A stretch of 64,000 nucleotides of DNA. Source: Verrucomicrobiia bacterium. Lineage in GTDB: Bacteria > Verrucomicrobiota > Verrucomicrobiia > Limisphaerales > Palsa-1400. The stretch covers positions 21,205 through 85,204 of the forward strand of contig DASZMX010000133.1 in the NCBI GenBank assembly GCA_035551475.1. Reading direction: 5' to 3'. Positions 47,859 through 57,234 of the stretch are shown here, piece after piece. Position numbers and translations under genes: made by a program. Under the pieces are notes generated by a model, which searched no databases, was not told where the DNA came from, and was given only the letters and a program-made list of their open reading frames with translations. How positions within the stretch are numbered: the first letter of the stretch is position 1; each line of letters begins with the position of its first letter.

Positions 47859-48572
47859 TCAAGTCAACGGCACGCTGGAAAAAATCTTGGTGTCCTGCCG
47901 GCATTCCAAAATACGCCCGAACGGCGTGCGCGCGCCCGTTTTTAGAGACTGGCGCAGCGCTTCCTCCTTGCCTTCGCCCGCCACGAGCGCCCAGACATTT
48001 TTGGCTGCGCAAATCGCCGCGTACGTCAACGTGATGCGGCGCGGCGGCGGCTTGGGCGAATTGTCCACATAGACGTAAGGTTCGCGCGAGTTTTCCACTT
48101 CAGGCGTCGCATTCGGCATCAGCGACGCGGTGTGTCCGTCGGGGCCAATTCCCAGTAAAACCAAATCCAGCACGGGCAAGCCATCTGGTCCCGCCGGAGC
48201 GACCCGGCGCAATTCGGCGTTCGCCGTTTCCACGGCGGCGGCCCCCGATTCCCCGCGCACACGATGAATATGATCCAGCGCCACCGCCAGGGGTTGAAAG
48301 AGATTCTCGTCCGCCGCCCGGAAATTGCTCTCGGCGTCATCAGCCGGCACACAACGCTCATCCACCCAAAAGAAATGCGCGTGGCTTAAACTGATTTTCT
48401 GGCGGCGCGATTCCTCGGCCACGGCGGCAAAAAAAGCGGGGGCGATGCGCCCGCCGGACAGCGCCACTGTATGCAATTTGCCTGATTTGGCGGCTAATTG
48501 GAGCCATTCCCGCGCCACGGCATGGGCCAATTCTGCGTCGTCGTGGAAAAATCTGAATTCACAATTCTTCAT
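47859..48572 (-). CDS. pgl: 6-phosphogluconolactonase
   Basis: Start moved to ATG 48572 (MKNCEFRFF). ALSGGRIAP and LLGIGPDGHTASL motifs. Confidence 0.85.
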   Translation of the reverse strand: MKNCEFRFFHDDAELAHAVAREWLQLAAKSGKLHTVALSGGRIAPAFFAAVAEESRRQKISLSHAHFFWVDERCVPADDAESNFRAADENLFQPLAVALDHIHRVRGESGAAAVETANAELRRVAPAGPDGLPVLDLVLLGIGPDGHTASLMPNATPEVENSREPYVYVDNSPKPPPRRITLTYAAICAAKNVWALVAGEGKEEALRQSLKTGARTPFGRILECRQDTKIFSSVPLT

Positions 48573-48765
48573 AGATGCTTCGCCCAGAAAACCTAAACGC
48601 ATTGCGTGGAATTGGCGACGGTAATTTCCCCTACCCTGCGATAAGCTGTTCTACTCGTTGCTCATATAAAGCTACGATAGACGATTGGCGGAGATGAGCT
48701 ACAAAGGTTACATAGAGCAAACGGCCACCCTCCTTGGCTGAGTTGTCTCCACAACAAACGAAACT

Positions 48766-51700
48766 ATGCAACGAAAAGCAATCGCTGGCGTTCTCACCGC
48801 CGCACTCACATTCGTCGCTGGACTCACCGTCCAGGCCCAGTCACCTTATTCTCAGGCCGTCACCAGCCTCAATCCGGTTGGTTACTGGCCTTTGAACGAA
48901 ACCGTCCAGCCGCCACAGCCCTTTGCGCAAAGTCTCGTGGCCAGCAATCTCGGCTCCTTGGGCGCCGCAGGCTCCGGATACTACGGAGCTTGGTATCAGC
49001 CCTCCGGCAACACTTGGTATCTTACCAATAACATCATGCAAGTTCCGGCGGTCACCGCCCCGTTCGACAACAGTGTCGCAATGGTCTGCGGCGGACCTGG
49101 CCAATATGTCATCGTCCCGCGCAACACCAATGGCGTCGCCAACCCGGCAATTACGCTAAATCCGCCGTTCTCCATCGAAACCTGGCTGAAAATCGGACGC
49201 ACCACCAGCGCGCTGGGCGACATCGTCAGCCAGGGCGGCTTCGCCAACCTGAACACCGGCGGTTCCAATCCCACCAACCAATTTTACGGCGGCCCCTCGG
49301 TCGGCGCCTGGGCGGGCGTCGAACTCGGGCAATACCAGGATTACATTTTCCTGATTTGCCAGGCCACCAACGCCCAGAGCAAAGCCAATGAACTCGATTC
49401 CAGCGCCTACAATGCCGGAAAGGGATTTCATGTCGGCGATTGGGTGCACATTGTCGCCACTTTCGACGGCACGAAGGAAACCCTCTACACGAATGGCGTC
49501 CTTTGCGCGTCGAAAAATATCGGCAATAACGGCGCCGGCATCAAATACGTCCCCGATCCCACCACGCCGCTCATGATCGGATCCGGCAGCGAGGTTTCGG
49601 TTTCCTATGGCACTCCCTATGTCGGGGATATGCATGACGTGGCCATTTATCCGACGGCGCTGACTGCTTCCAGCGTCCTGACGCACTATCAAACCGCCTA
49701 CGGCACGAATGGAACTTATGGCAGCAGCTATCCGACGGCTGTTCTCGCGGACAACCCTTCTCTCTATTACCGCCTGAATGATCCGCAAACTGCGACCAAC
49801 GCCGGTTACAACAGCGCCTCCTTCCCGGTGGCCAATAACTACGGTGTCATCGGCGCCGCCGGCAACGGCGTGTATCAGCCCGGCACGACGCCGGGTGTCG
49901 CCGGCGCTCCGTATTCCGGCTTCGGCGCGAACAACCGCGCGGTGGCGATCAACGGTTGGTTCGGCGCGGTGGATGTCGGCGGCGGCAATTTGCCGGCCGA
50001 GCTGAATCCCACCAACACCTCGCCATTGACGGTCGTGAGCTGGTTCCGCGGCAACCCCGCCGATTCCCCGGCCCGTTTCCAGGAAATCGTCGGGCACGGC
50101 GACAACTCCTACCGCTTGGCCTTGAGCCAGACGGCGGCGGATAATCATTTCAATCCTGGCCCCGGGCCGGAACTCGGATTCACCGATCCGCTCGACGTTC
50201 GCACCAATGGTTGGGCCTTGAACGATGGCGCCTGGCACATGGTCGCGGGCGTATCCGACGGCACCAACGATTATCTCTACCTCGACGGCGTGCTCGCCAA
50301 GAGCGGAACGAAAGCCGGCGGCATCAACATCGTCGGCTCGCCGACCGATTTGTTGCTGGGCGGCGATTCGCAATATACCTACGCCAGCACAGGCACCTAC
50401 AATTCCATCCGCAACTTCGATGGCGAAGTGGGCCAGGTGGCTTTCTGGACGAACGCGCTCTCGATGACGCAAATCCAAACCTTGTTCAACGCGGCGCAAG
50501 TTCCGCCCTTGATTCACCTGCAACCTGCGGGCGTCACCAATAATCAAGGTCAATCCGTGAGCCTGACCACGAAGTTCACGGGCTCAAGCCTGACCTATCA
50601 ATGGTATATCAATAACGCGCCATTTGGCGGGCAGACCAATGCCACCCTGTCCTTGAACCCGGCGAACTTCACTAATAGCGGCAGCTATTATGTGATCGCC
50701 TCCAATCCCTACGGCAACGCCACCAGCGCCGTGGTGAACGTGCAAATCTTCGGCCCACCGACTATCCAGGCCCAGTCGCAAGCCAACCTGCAAATCTTCG
50801 CAGGCGTCAACCCCACACTATTCATCAACGCGGGCGGCCCCTCTCTCCAATACCAATGGACGAGCAATGGCATCGCGATTGCCGGCGCCACCGGCCCGAC
50901 TTACACGATCAACAACGCGCAAGTCTCGGCTACCTACAACGTGACCGTCTATAACTTCGCGGGCACCAACATGGGATCGCCGGTTTCACTGACCGTCGTG
51001 CCGCAGCCTACCGCTCCTTATCCGCAGGCCGTCCTGGCCGACGGCCCGATTGCCTACTATCGCCTGGATGAAACCAGCGGCACAACGGCGTTCGATATGG
51101 TTGGTGGTTACAATGGCATTTACACGAACGTGGCCCTGGCCTCGGACACCAGCTACAGCGCTGGCGGCGGCACGGCTAACTCGGATCCCAATGAGCTCGC
51201 CCCTGAATTCGGGACGCTTACCTCCAGCAATAGCTATGTCGGCTGGATTCCCACCAACCTCGATTTCGCCGTGCCGAATGGCGGCAATGGCGAATTCTCC
51301 GTGGAATTGTGGGGCTATGAATTCCTCGACTTCACCGACTCCGGTCTGGTGGCGCTCGGTTACGGCAACGGCGGCGAGGAGTTCGCCCTCGATCTCGGCG
51401 CCACGGGCCACGCCCTGCGCTTCTACGTGCGCAACGCCGCTGGAACTTCCTTCGGCGCGGCCAGCACTTATGTGCCCAACACGGGTTGGCATCATATCGC
51501 CGCCGTGTGCGATGAGGCCGCCGGTCATACCTACCTGTATGTGGACGGCGTAGTGGTCGCCACGGGCACGATTCCGGCGGGTTCCGGCATTCTGTCGGAA
51601 AAGTCTCCGCTCTCCATCGGCGCCCGCCAATCCGGCCAGTTCACGGCGTTCGACGATCAGTTTATCGGCAACCTCAGCCAGGTCGCCCTTTATAAAAAGG

Positions 51701-53487
51701 CGCTGACCCAGAGCGAAGTGATTGCGCATTATGACGCGGTGGGCATCGCTCCCACGGCGCAAATCGTGCCCGACAACTTGAACACCAACCAAGGCGCCAA
51801 TGTGACCTTCACGGTGTCAACTACAGGGACCGGCCCGTTTTCGTATCAGTGGGCGGACAACAGCGGCAATCCTGTCGGAACGAATGGCCCGGCGCTAACG
51901 CTCTTGAATGTGCAAGGCAGCCAGGCTGGCCAATATTCGGTGACGGTGACTGGCGCCGATGGTTCCACCACCGCCTACGCCAACCTCCAGGTTGGCCAAG
52001 GGCCGCCGGCCATCGTGACGGACATCAGTCCGTTGACTCAGACTGTGGAGTTATATTCCGGCCTGTCCCGGGTTAGCTTCAGCGTCGGAGCGTCGGGCAC
52101 CGCGCCGTTCTCCTATCAATGGTATCAGAATGGGCAAAAAATCAACGGCGCCACGAGCAATACCTACACCTTCAATGCGCTCGCGGGTACCAACACTTAC
52201 TATGTGGCCGTCACTAATTCCCAGAGCGGCGGCGTGCCTACACTAAGCAGCACCGCGACGGTGATTGGCATTGCGCCGCCGATGTTGAATCCGGCGAGCT
52301 ACGCGCATCGTCTCAAGATCACGTTCCCCGGCTACCTCGGGTCGCCGCTGACGAACTTCCCGGCCTTGGTGACGCTGAGTCCGAGCATTCCCGGCTTCTC
52401 CTATGGCGACTTTAGCGCGGGCAACGGCGCTGATCTCCGCTTCACGGACGAATCCGGCACGGCGGAATTGCCCTATGAAATTGACGAATGGAATCCGGCG
52501 GGCGCCTCAAAGGTCTGGGTGCAAATCCCGCTTCTCAACGGATCCAACATCTGGGCCTACTGGGGCAACTCGGCTGACACCAACGCGCAAGCCTGGAGCA
52601 CCGATGGCAGCGTCTGGACGCCGGAAGGATACCAGATCGTTTATCACTTGAAGGAAGGCGCGCTGCCGTTCGCCGACAGCACCGGCCAGCATCCGGCCAC
52701 CAACGGTCCGGCGCCAACGGCCGGCACGGGCATCGTCGGTCGGGGCGGCCTCTTCAATGCCTCCTACATCTCGCCCGGCGCGGTCACCTTGAGCAATCAG
52801 TTCACCACCTACGCGTGGATCAACCTGCCGGCCAATACCACCCAGATTCAAACCATCTGGGCGAATGCGGTGGGCGGGTTCGGTGGCAATGGTTTCGCCC
52901 TCTTTGTGGATAGCTACAATACGGGCGACCTCAGCATTCATGCCGCGAACGGCAATGGCGCGGGCGGCGGCGAAGAGCCCCAATCCTCAGCCGGCACAGT
53001 GACGACCGGCCAATGGCATCAAGTGGCGGCCACCTGGGATCAACCGGATAATTCCGTGGTGGTCTATCTCGACAACCAATTGGTCTTGTCGAACACGGTG
53101 GTGCAAAACTTCGCCCTTACCAACACCCTGGAACTCGGCTCATTTGTGGATGGAGCCTTCGCGTTCCACGGCAGCATGGACGAAGCGCGCATCCAGTTTG
53201 GCATCGCTTCGCAGGCGTGGATTGCGGCGACCTATGCGAACATCGCGAACAACGCAAGCTTCATCAGCTACGGCGTAGGCCCGACCCTCACCATCGTTCC
53301 GTCCGGCAATGGATATCAAATCTCCTGGTCGGCCGCGGATGGCCCTCTGCAATTGATCACGACGACAAGTTTGACGCCGCCGATCGATTGGACGCCGGTC
53401 ACCACCACGCCGACATTGACGAATGGCCAATATGTCGTGCAAGTGCAAGCGGAAGCTGGAACCAGCCACTTCTTCGCCTTGCAGTAG
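48766..53487 (+). CDS. giant secreted multidomain protein: 4 LamG (concanavalin A-like lectin) domains, 4 Ig-like domains, DUF2341, conserved C-terminal beta domain
   Basis: 1573 aa with signal peptide [26 protein letters not shown]. LamG starts [24 protein letters not shown] and [13 protein letters not shown], with ends such as [17 protein letters not shown]. Ig-like repeats carry LTYQW/LQYQW/FSYQW/FSYQW. DUF2341-like [22 protein letters not shown]...DLRFTDESG...LPYEIDEWN. Ends ...HFFALQ. Confidence 0.8.
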   Translation: MQRKAIAGVLTAALTFVAGLTVQAQSPYSQAVTSLNPVGYWPLNETVQPPQPFAQSLVASNLGSLGAAGSGYYGAWYQPSGNTWYLTNNIMQVPAVTAPFDNSVAMVCGGPGQYVIVPRNTNGVANPAITLNPPFSIETWLKIGRTTSALGDIVSQGGFANLNTGGSNPTNQFYGGPSVGAWAGVELGQYQDYIFLICQATNAQSKANELDSSAYNAGKGFHVGDWVHIVATFDGTKETLYTNGVLCASKNIGNNGAGIKYVPDPTTPLMIGSGSEVSVSYGTPYVGDMHDVAIYPTALTASSVLTHYQTAYGTNGTYGSSYPTAVLADNPSLYYRLNDPQTATNAGYNSASFPVANNYGVIGAAGNGVYQPGTTPGVAGAPYSGFGANNRAVAINGWFGAVDVGGGNLPAELNPTNTSPLTVVSWFRGNPADSPARFQEIVGHGDNSYRLALSQTAADNHFNPGPGPELGFTDPLDVRTNGWALNDGAWHMVAGVSDGTNDYLYLDGVLAKSGTKAGGINIVGSPTDLLLGGDSQYTYASTGTYNSIRNFDGEVGQVAFWTNALSMTQIQTLFNAAQVPPLIHLQPAGVTNNQGQSVSLTTKFTGSSLTYQWYINNAPFGGQTNATLSLNPANFTNSGSYYVIASNPYGNATSAVVNVQIFGPPTIQAQSQANLQIFAGVNPTLFINAGGPSLQYQWTSNGIAIAGATGPTYTINNAQVSATYNVTVYNFAGTNMGSPVSLTVVPQPTAPYPQAVLADGPIAYYRLDETSGTTAFDMVGGYNGIYTNVALASDTSYSAGGGTANSDPNELAPEFGTLTSSNSYVGWIPTNLDFAVPNGGNGEFSVELWGYEFLDFTDSGLVALGYGNGGEEFALDLGATGHALRFYVRNAAGTSFGAASTYVPNTGWHHIAAVCDEAAGHTYLYVDGVVVATGTIPAGSGILSEKSPLSIGARQSGQFTAFDDQFIGNLSQVALYKKALTQSEVIAHYDAVGIAPTAQIVPDNLNTNQGANVTFTVSTTGTGPFSYQWADNSGNPVGTNGPALTLLNVQGSQAGQYSVTVTGADGSTTAYANLQVGQGPPAIVTDISPLTQTVELYSGLSRVSFSVGASGTAPFSYQWYQNGQKINGATSNTYTFNALAGTNTYYVAVTNSQSGGVPTLSSTATVIGIAPPMLNPASYAHRLKITFPGYLGSPLTNFPALVTLSPSIPGFSYGDFSAGNGADLRFTDESGTAELPYEIDEWNPAGASKVWVQIPLLNGSNIWAYWGNSADTNAQAWSTDGSVWTPEGYQIVYHLKEGALPFADSTGQHPATNGPAPTAGTGIVGRGGLFNASYISPGAVTLSNQFTTYAWINLPANTTQIQTIWANAVGGFGGNGFALFVDSYNTGDLSIHAANGNGAGGGEEPQSSAGTVTTGQWHQVAATWDQPDNSVVVYLDNQLVLSNTVVQNFALTNTLELGSFVDGAFAFHGSMDEARIQFGIASQAWIAATYANIANNASFISYGVGPTLTIVPSGNGYQISWSAADGPLQLITTTSLTPPIDWTPVTTTPTLTNGQYVVQVQAEAGTSHFFALQ

Positions 53488-53502
53488 GATCATGATACAA
53501 TC

Positions 53503-53538
53503 GCGGGCGCCGGCCCAAACCGGCGCCCGCGCTTTTCG
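53503..53538 (+). terminator. intrinsic terminator-like hairpin between the giant LamG gene and the pseudopilin gene
   Basis: Perfect 11-bp GC stem GCGGGCGCCGG / CCGGCGCCCGC (53503-53513 and 53520-53530), loop CCCAAA, followed by GCTTTTCG. It lies 16 nt after the stop at 53487. Confidence 0.65.
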
Positions 53539-53551
53539 TAGGAGTCATAAA

Positions 53552-54496
53552 ATGAACTTAGGAAACGGCAAATACAACCAACGCCGCGGCTTCACCTTAA
53601 TCGAGTTGCTGGTCGTCATCGCGATTATTGCCATTCTCGCGGCCATGCTGCTGCCCGCCTTGGCGCTCGCCAAACAAAAGGCGCAAGCCGTCAAGTGCAT
53701 GAGCAACACCAAGCAGATGATGCTGGCGTACAAAATGTACTCCGATGATTTCCAGGGAAAGCTCGTCCCCAACAACGAGTCCAAGACCGCCTCAGACACC
53801 GCGGTGGATCTCACTAAACAGACGCCTGGCTGGGTTTCCGGCTGGCTGGATTACGCGGACGCGCAGGGCGACGATACGAACATTGACTATCTAATCAATC
53901 CGCAATACGCCGCTCTCGGGCCGTACGTGAAAAATTCCGCTCTCTTCAGGTGCCCGGCCGACCAAAGCCGGGACGTCAATGGCCAATCGCGCGTGCGCAG
54001 CTACTCCATGAGCCAGGCGGTTGGGCCCAATGTTCTCGGATCGAAAGGCCCGGATTCCGCCGGCAGCTATCAGGGTGGCTGGCTCACCGGAGCCCCGAAC
54101 TCTCCGCAGAACACCTACAATGTGTACATCAAAGAAACAGACGTCGGACGGCCCGCCCCTTCCAGTTTGTTTGTGTTTCTCGATGAACATCCGGACAGCA
54201 TCAACGACGGCTCTTTCGCCGTGGAAATGCCGAACAGCGTCAAGAATACGCTCTGGATTGACCTCCCGGCCAAATATCATGGCAATGCCTGCTGCTTCTC
54301 CTTTTTTGATGGCCACTCCGTCATTCACCATTGGGTGCAGCCCAAAAATATTCCCGAGATCACCAATCAGCCGAAGGATCCCAACAACCCGATTTACGAG
54401 GCGGGCGATCCCGACATCTTGTGGCTGGCGGGTCACGCTTCCGCCAAGCCGGATGGCACCGTGCCGTTTCCGCTGCCTCCCAATTATAATTTCTGA
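53552..54496 (+). CDS. prepilin-type N-terminal cleavage/methylation domain protein (DUF1559-like pseudopilin)
   Basis: Start at ATG 53552, preceded by GGAG at 53541. [39 protein letters not shown] is the canonical G|FTLIE type IV pilin-like leader. The C-terminal FFDGHSV motif is typical of the pseudopilin-like family expanded in Planctomycetes/Verrucomicrobia. Confidence 0.85.
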   Translation: MNLGNGKYNQRRGFTLIELLVVIAIIAILAAMLLPALALAKQKAQAVKCMSNTKQMMLAYKMYSDDFQGKLVPNNESKTASDTAVDLTKQTPGWVSGWLDYADAQGDDTNIDYLINPQYAALGPYVKNSALFRCPADQSRDVNGQSRVRSYSMSQAVGPNVLGSKGPDSAGSYQGGWLTGAPNSPQNTYNVYIKETDVGRPAPSSLFVFLDEHPDSINDGSFAVEMPNSVKNTLWIDLPAKYHGNACCFSFFDGHSVIHHWVQPKNIPEITNQPKDPNNPIYEAGDPDILWLAGHASAKPDGTVPFPLPPNYNF

Positions 54497-57225
54497 TGTT
54501 ACGCCAGGCAATTTTCGGTTTCATAAGTTGGATCATGGTTTCAGGCGCAGTGGCGGCTCCACTGGCCACGCCCCAAGTCGATGCCTATGACGTCCGGGTC
54601 GGGACGGAGACCTTCTCGCCCCTTTACAAGTTCACCACCAACACCGCTCTGGTGGAAACCGCCAACGTCATTCAAGGCTTGGGCAGCGACGTGATCAAAT
54701 TCTATTTAGGCAGCGACACCACCAAGCAATCCGGCCTGTCACTAACCTCCAAGATCACCAACCTCGTCACGCTGGCCCGCGATGAGCCATCCTACCGCAA
54801 AGTATTCGACATGCCGTTTCGGAATTTTGTGTTTTGGGCCTATCCGTTTTCCAATCCGGATGCGCCTTTTCAGAACGGCTACACGACCGCGGAGGCAAAT
54901 AATGATTATCGTGAAATTTATGATCTTACTCGGTACTTGCTGACCAATTATAACGGCTCAGGCAAGACGTTTTACCTCGGTCATTGGGAAGGCGATGGCT
55001 ATTTTGCGCCTTGGTCCACCAATCCCACGCCCACCGCCATCCAAGGCATGATCGGCTGGCTCAATAACCGCCAAAAAGCGGTGGACGACGCCAAGCGCGC
55101 CACGCCGTTCCACGACGTGATGGTTTATAATTACGCCGAATGCAACCGCGTGCGCGATGCCATGGTAAATCCGCCCACGAGCAATGAGCGCGTGATCAAC
55201 ATGGTCATTCCTTACGTGACCAATCTCGATTACGTGTCCTATTCATCTTATGACGCCCAGAACCTAAGCCTGGCCAACATGACAGCCACGCTGGATTACA
55301 TCGAGGCGCGTATTCCCACCAACAAAGCTTCCGTCATTCCGGGCGAGCGCCTCTTTATCGGCGAATACGGGTTCGCCAATTCCGGGAACAACACCGCCCA
55401 ACAGGAGCCTCTCACTCGCTCCTATATCCAGCGGCTGTTAAACTACGGCTCCAAAGGATTTCGCTTCATTCTATTTTGGGAGGTCTATAACAACGAGCCC
55501 GGCCTAAGCTTTGAATTGATCGACTCCAACAACGTCGCGGTGCCCAATTATTTTCTGCATCAGCGCTTCATCAATCAAGCGCGCCTTCTGACGGCCCGGT
55601 TCAATGAGACCAACGGCCGGCTCCCCAACGACGCCGAATACGTCGGGCTGGTGACGCCGACGTTGAATCAACCTTTTCCGGCGCCAATCAGCCTCTCCAT
55701 GTCGAGCCTCGGCTCGACGGTATGGAACGCCTCCACCGCATCCATCACCGGCAGCCTCGTGCAGGGAATTTATGGCGACGATCAGGCGGTAGTCCGAGCC
55801 TTTTGGGGCCGGCAGAACGGGGGCAACAATGCGTCCGCCTGGGAAAACAGCGCGCTGCTTGGCGTCAATACCAACTTCAACGCAACGGCGTTTTCCACGG
55901 TCATCACCAATCTCGCACCAGGCGGAAATTATTTCTTCACGTTCGAGGCCAGCAACGCGACCACGACGGCGTGGGCCCCCGTAAAACCACTTTCCACGGC
56001 TGGGCTGAATCCGCCGGATTTCTCGCATCGCCTCAAAATCACCTTTCCCGGTTTCCAAGGCTCCGCTCCATTGACCAATTTCCCGGCGCTGGTGTCTTTC
56101 AGCGCGAACACGCCCGGATTTTCCTATGGCCAATTCGCGTCACCTACCGGCGGCGACTTGCGTTTTGCGGACAGCGGCGGATTGACCGAGTTGCCGTATG
56201 AAATGAATCAATGGAACCCGGCCGGGACCTCCACCATCTGGGTGTTGCTGCCATCGCTGGCCAGCGCGACGGATTCGATCTGGGCTTACTGGGGAAATCC
56301 CGCCGCGACCAATCCACCCGCTTACACCACGAACGGCGCGGTCTGGCAGCCCAATCACATTGCCGTGTGGCACCTCGAGCAGGGCGGCTTTCCCTATCTT
56401 GACAGCGCTGGCCATTATCCGATCGCGGGCGGCGTCGCGCCGGCGGGCACGGCGGGATGGATTGGCGAGGGCCAATCGTTCAACAGCGATTATTTGGACG
56501 CAGGCGCCGTGAACCTGGGCAACACCTTCACGCTCTCCGCTTGGTTTTATCTGCCGCCTGGCGTCGCGAACATTCAAACTCTTTTCGCCAACAAACACGG
56601 CGGTTGGAACACCGACGGGGTCTCGCTCTACGTTGACACCTACAACACCTCAGATCGCGCGGTTCTCCTCGAAACGGGCGACGGCACTGGAGGCGTCACC
56701 GCTCAATCGCCTTCGGGCGCCATTAGCGATGGCCATTGGCATTTCGTCGCCGCCACCGTGGATCGCGTCAATGGCGTCGGCCAAATCTACGTGGATGGCG
56801 TCAATCAAACCCAGAGCAATCCCGTGCAGGTAAATTTCGCCAACCAAGCCGATCTCAACCTGGGGCGTTTCACGGACGCCAGCTTTCCGTTTCGCGGCTT
56901 GATGGACGAGGTCCGCATCACGGCGGGCCTGGCCACGCCAGACTGGATTCAGGCGGCCTGGATGAACACGGCCTCGAACGCGACCTTTGCGGCCTTCTCG
57001 GCCATCAATCCGCAACCGTCCCTGCTCCTGCTTTCTTCCGCGGCCGGCGCCACAGTGACCTGGCCTGCCGATACGGGCGTGTACGAGCTTTTTTCCGCCA
57101 CCAACCTCGCTCCGCCCGTGACGTGGGAAGCTGACACAAACACGCCGCAATTAATAAACGGCCAGTGGCAACTCTCGCTTTCCAGCACGGATGCCACCCG
57201 CTTCTATCGCTTGCAGGCGCGCTAA
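54496..57225 (+). CDS. secreted protein: unclassified glycosidase-like N-domain + beta-sandwich + DUF2341 + LamG + conserved C-terminal domain
   Basis: 909 aa with signal peptide [23 protein letters not shown]-domain carries FYLGHWEGDGYF and LFIGEYGFANSG (two conserved Glu about 130 aa apart, GH clan A-like). DUF2341-like [23 protein letters not shown]...DLRFADSGG...LPYEMNQWN. LamG end FRGLMDEVRITAG. Ends ...RFYRLQAR. The ATG overlaps the pseudopilin stop (TGATG). Confidence 0.75.
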   Translation: MLRQAIFGFISWIMVSGAVAAPLATPQVDAYDVRVGTETFSPLYKFTTNTALVETANVIQGLGSDVIKFYLGSDTTKQSGLSLTSKITNLVTLARDEPSYRKVFDMPFRNFVFWAYPFSNPDAPFQNGYTTAEANNDYREIYDLTRYLLTNYNGSGKTFYLGHWEGDGYFAPWSTNPTPTAIQGMIGWLNNRQKAVDDAKRATPFHDVMVYNYAECNRVRDAMVNPPTSNERVINMVIPYVTNLDYVSYSSYDAQNLSLANMTATLDYIEARIPTNKASVIPGERLFIGEYGFANSGNNTAQQEPLTRSYIQRLLNYGSKGFRFILFWEVYNNEPGLSFELIDSNNVAVPNYFLHQRFINQARLLTARFNETNGRLPNDAEYVGLVTPTLNQPFPAPISLSMSSLGSTVWNASTASITGSLVQGIYGDDQAVVRAFWGRQNGGNNASAWENSALLGVNTNFNATAFSTVITNLAPGGNYFFTFEASNATTTAWAPVKPLSTAGLNPPDFSHRLKITFPGFQGSAPLTNFPALVSFSANTPGFSYGQFASPTGGDLRFADSGGLTELPYEMNQWNPAGTSTIWVLLPSLASATDSIWAYWGNPAATNPPAYTTNGAVWQPNHIAVWHLEQGGFPYLDSAGHYPIAGGVAPAGTAGWIGEGQSFNSDYLDAGAVNLGNTFTLSAWFYLPPGVANIQTLFANKHGGWNTDGVSLYVDTYNTSDRAVLLETGDGTGGVTAQSPSGAISDGHWHFVAATVDRVNGVGQIYVDGVNQTQSNPVQVNFANQADLNLGRFTDASFPFRGLMDEVRITAGLATPDWIQAAWMNTASNATFAAFSAINPQPSLLLLSSAAGATVTWPADTGVYELFSATNLAPPVTWEADTNTPQLINGQWQLSLSSTDATRFYRLQAR

Positions 57226-57234
57226 AGCCCCCGG

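Noticed and set aside
48694-48741. 15-codon uORF (MSYKGYIEQTATLLG) in the 5' region of the giant LamG gene
   Set aside because: GGAG abuts the ATG with no spacer. There is no amino-acid bias and no downstream terminator or alternative structure. It is probably fortuitous.
49156-50553. 465-aa ORF on the minus strand inside the giant LamG gene
   Set aside because: It is antisense to recognisable LamG-domain coding sequence. Its composition is shadow-ORF-like (R/G/A/D rich).
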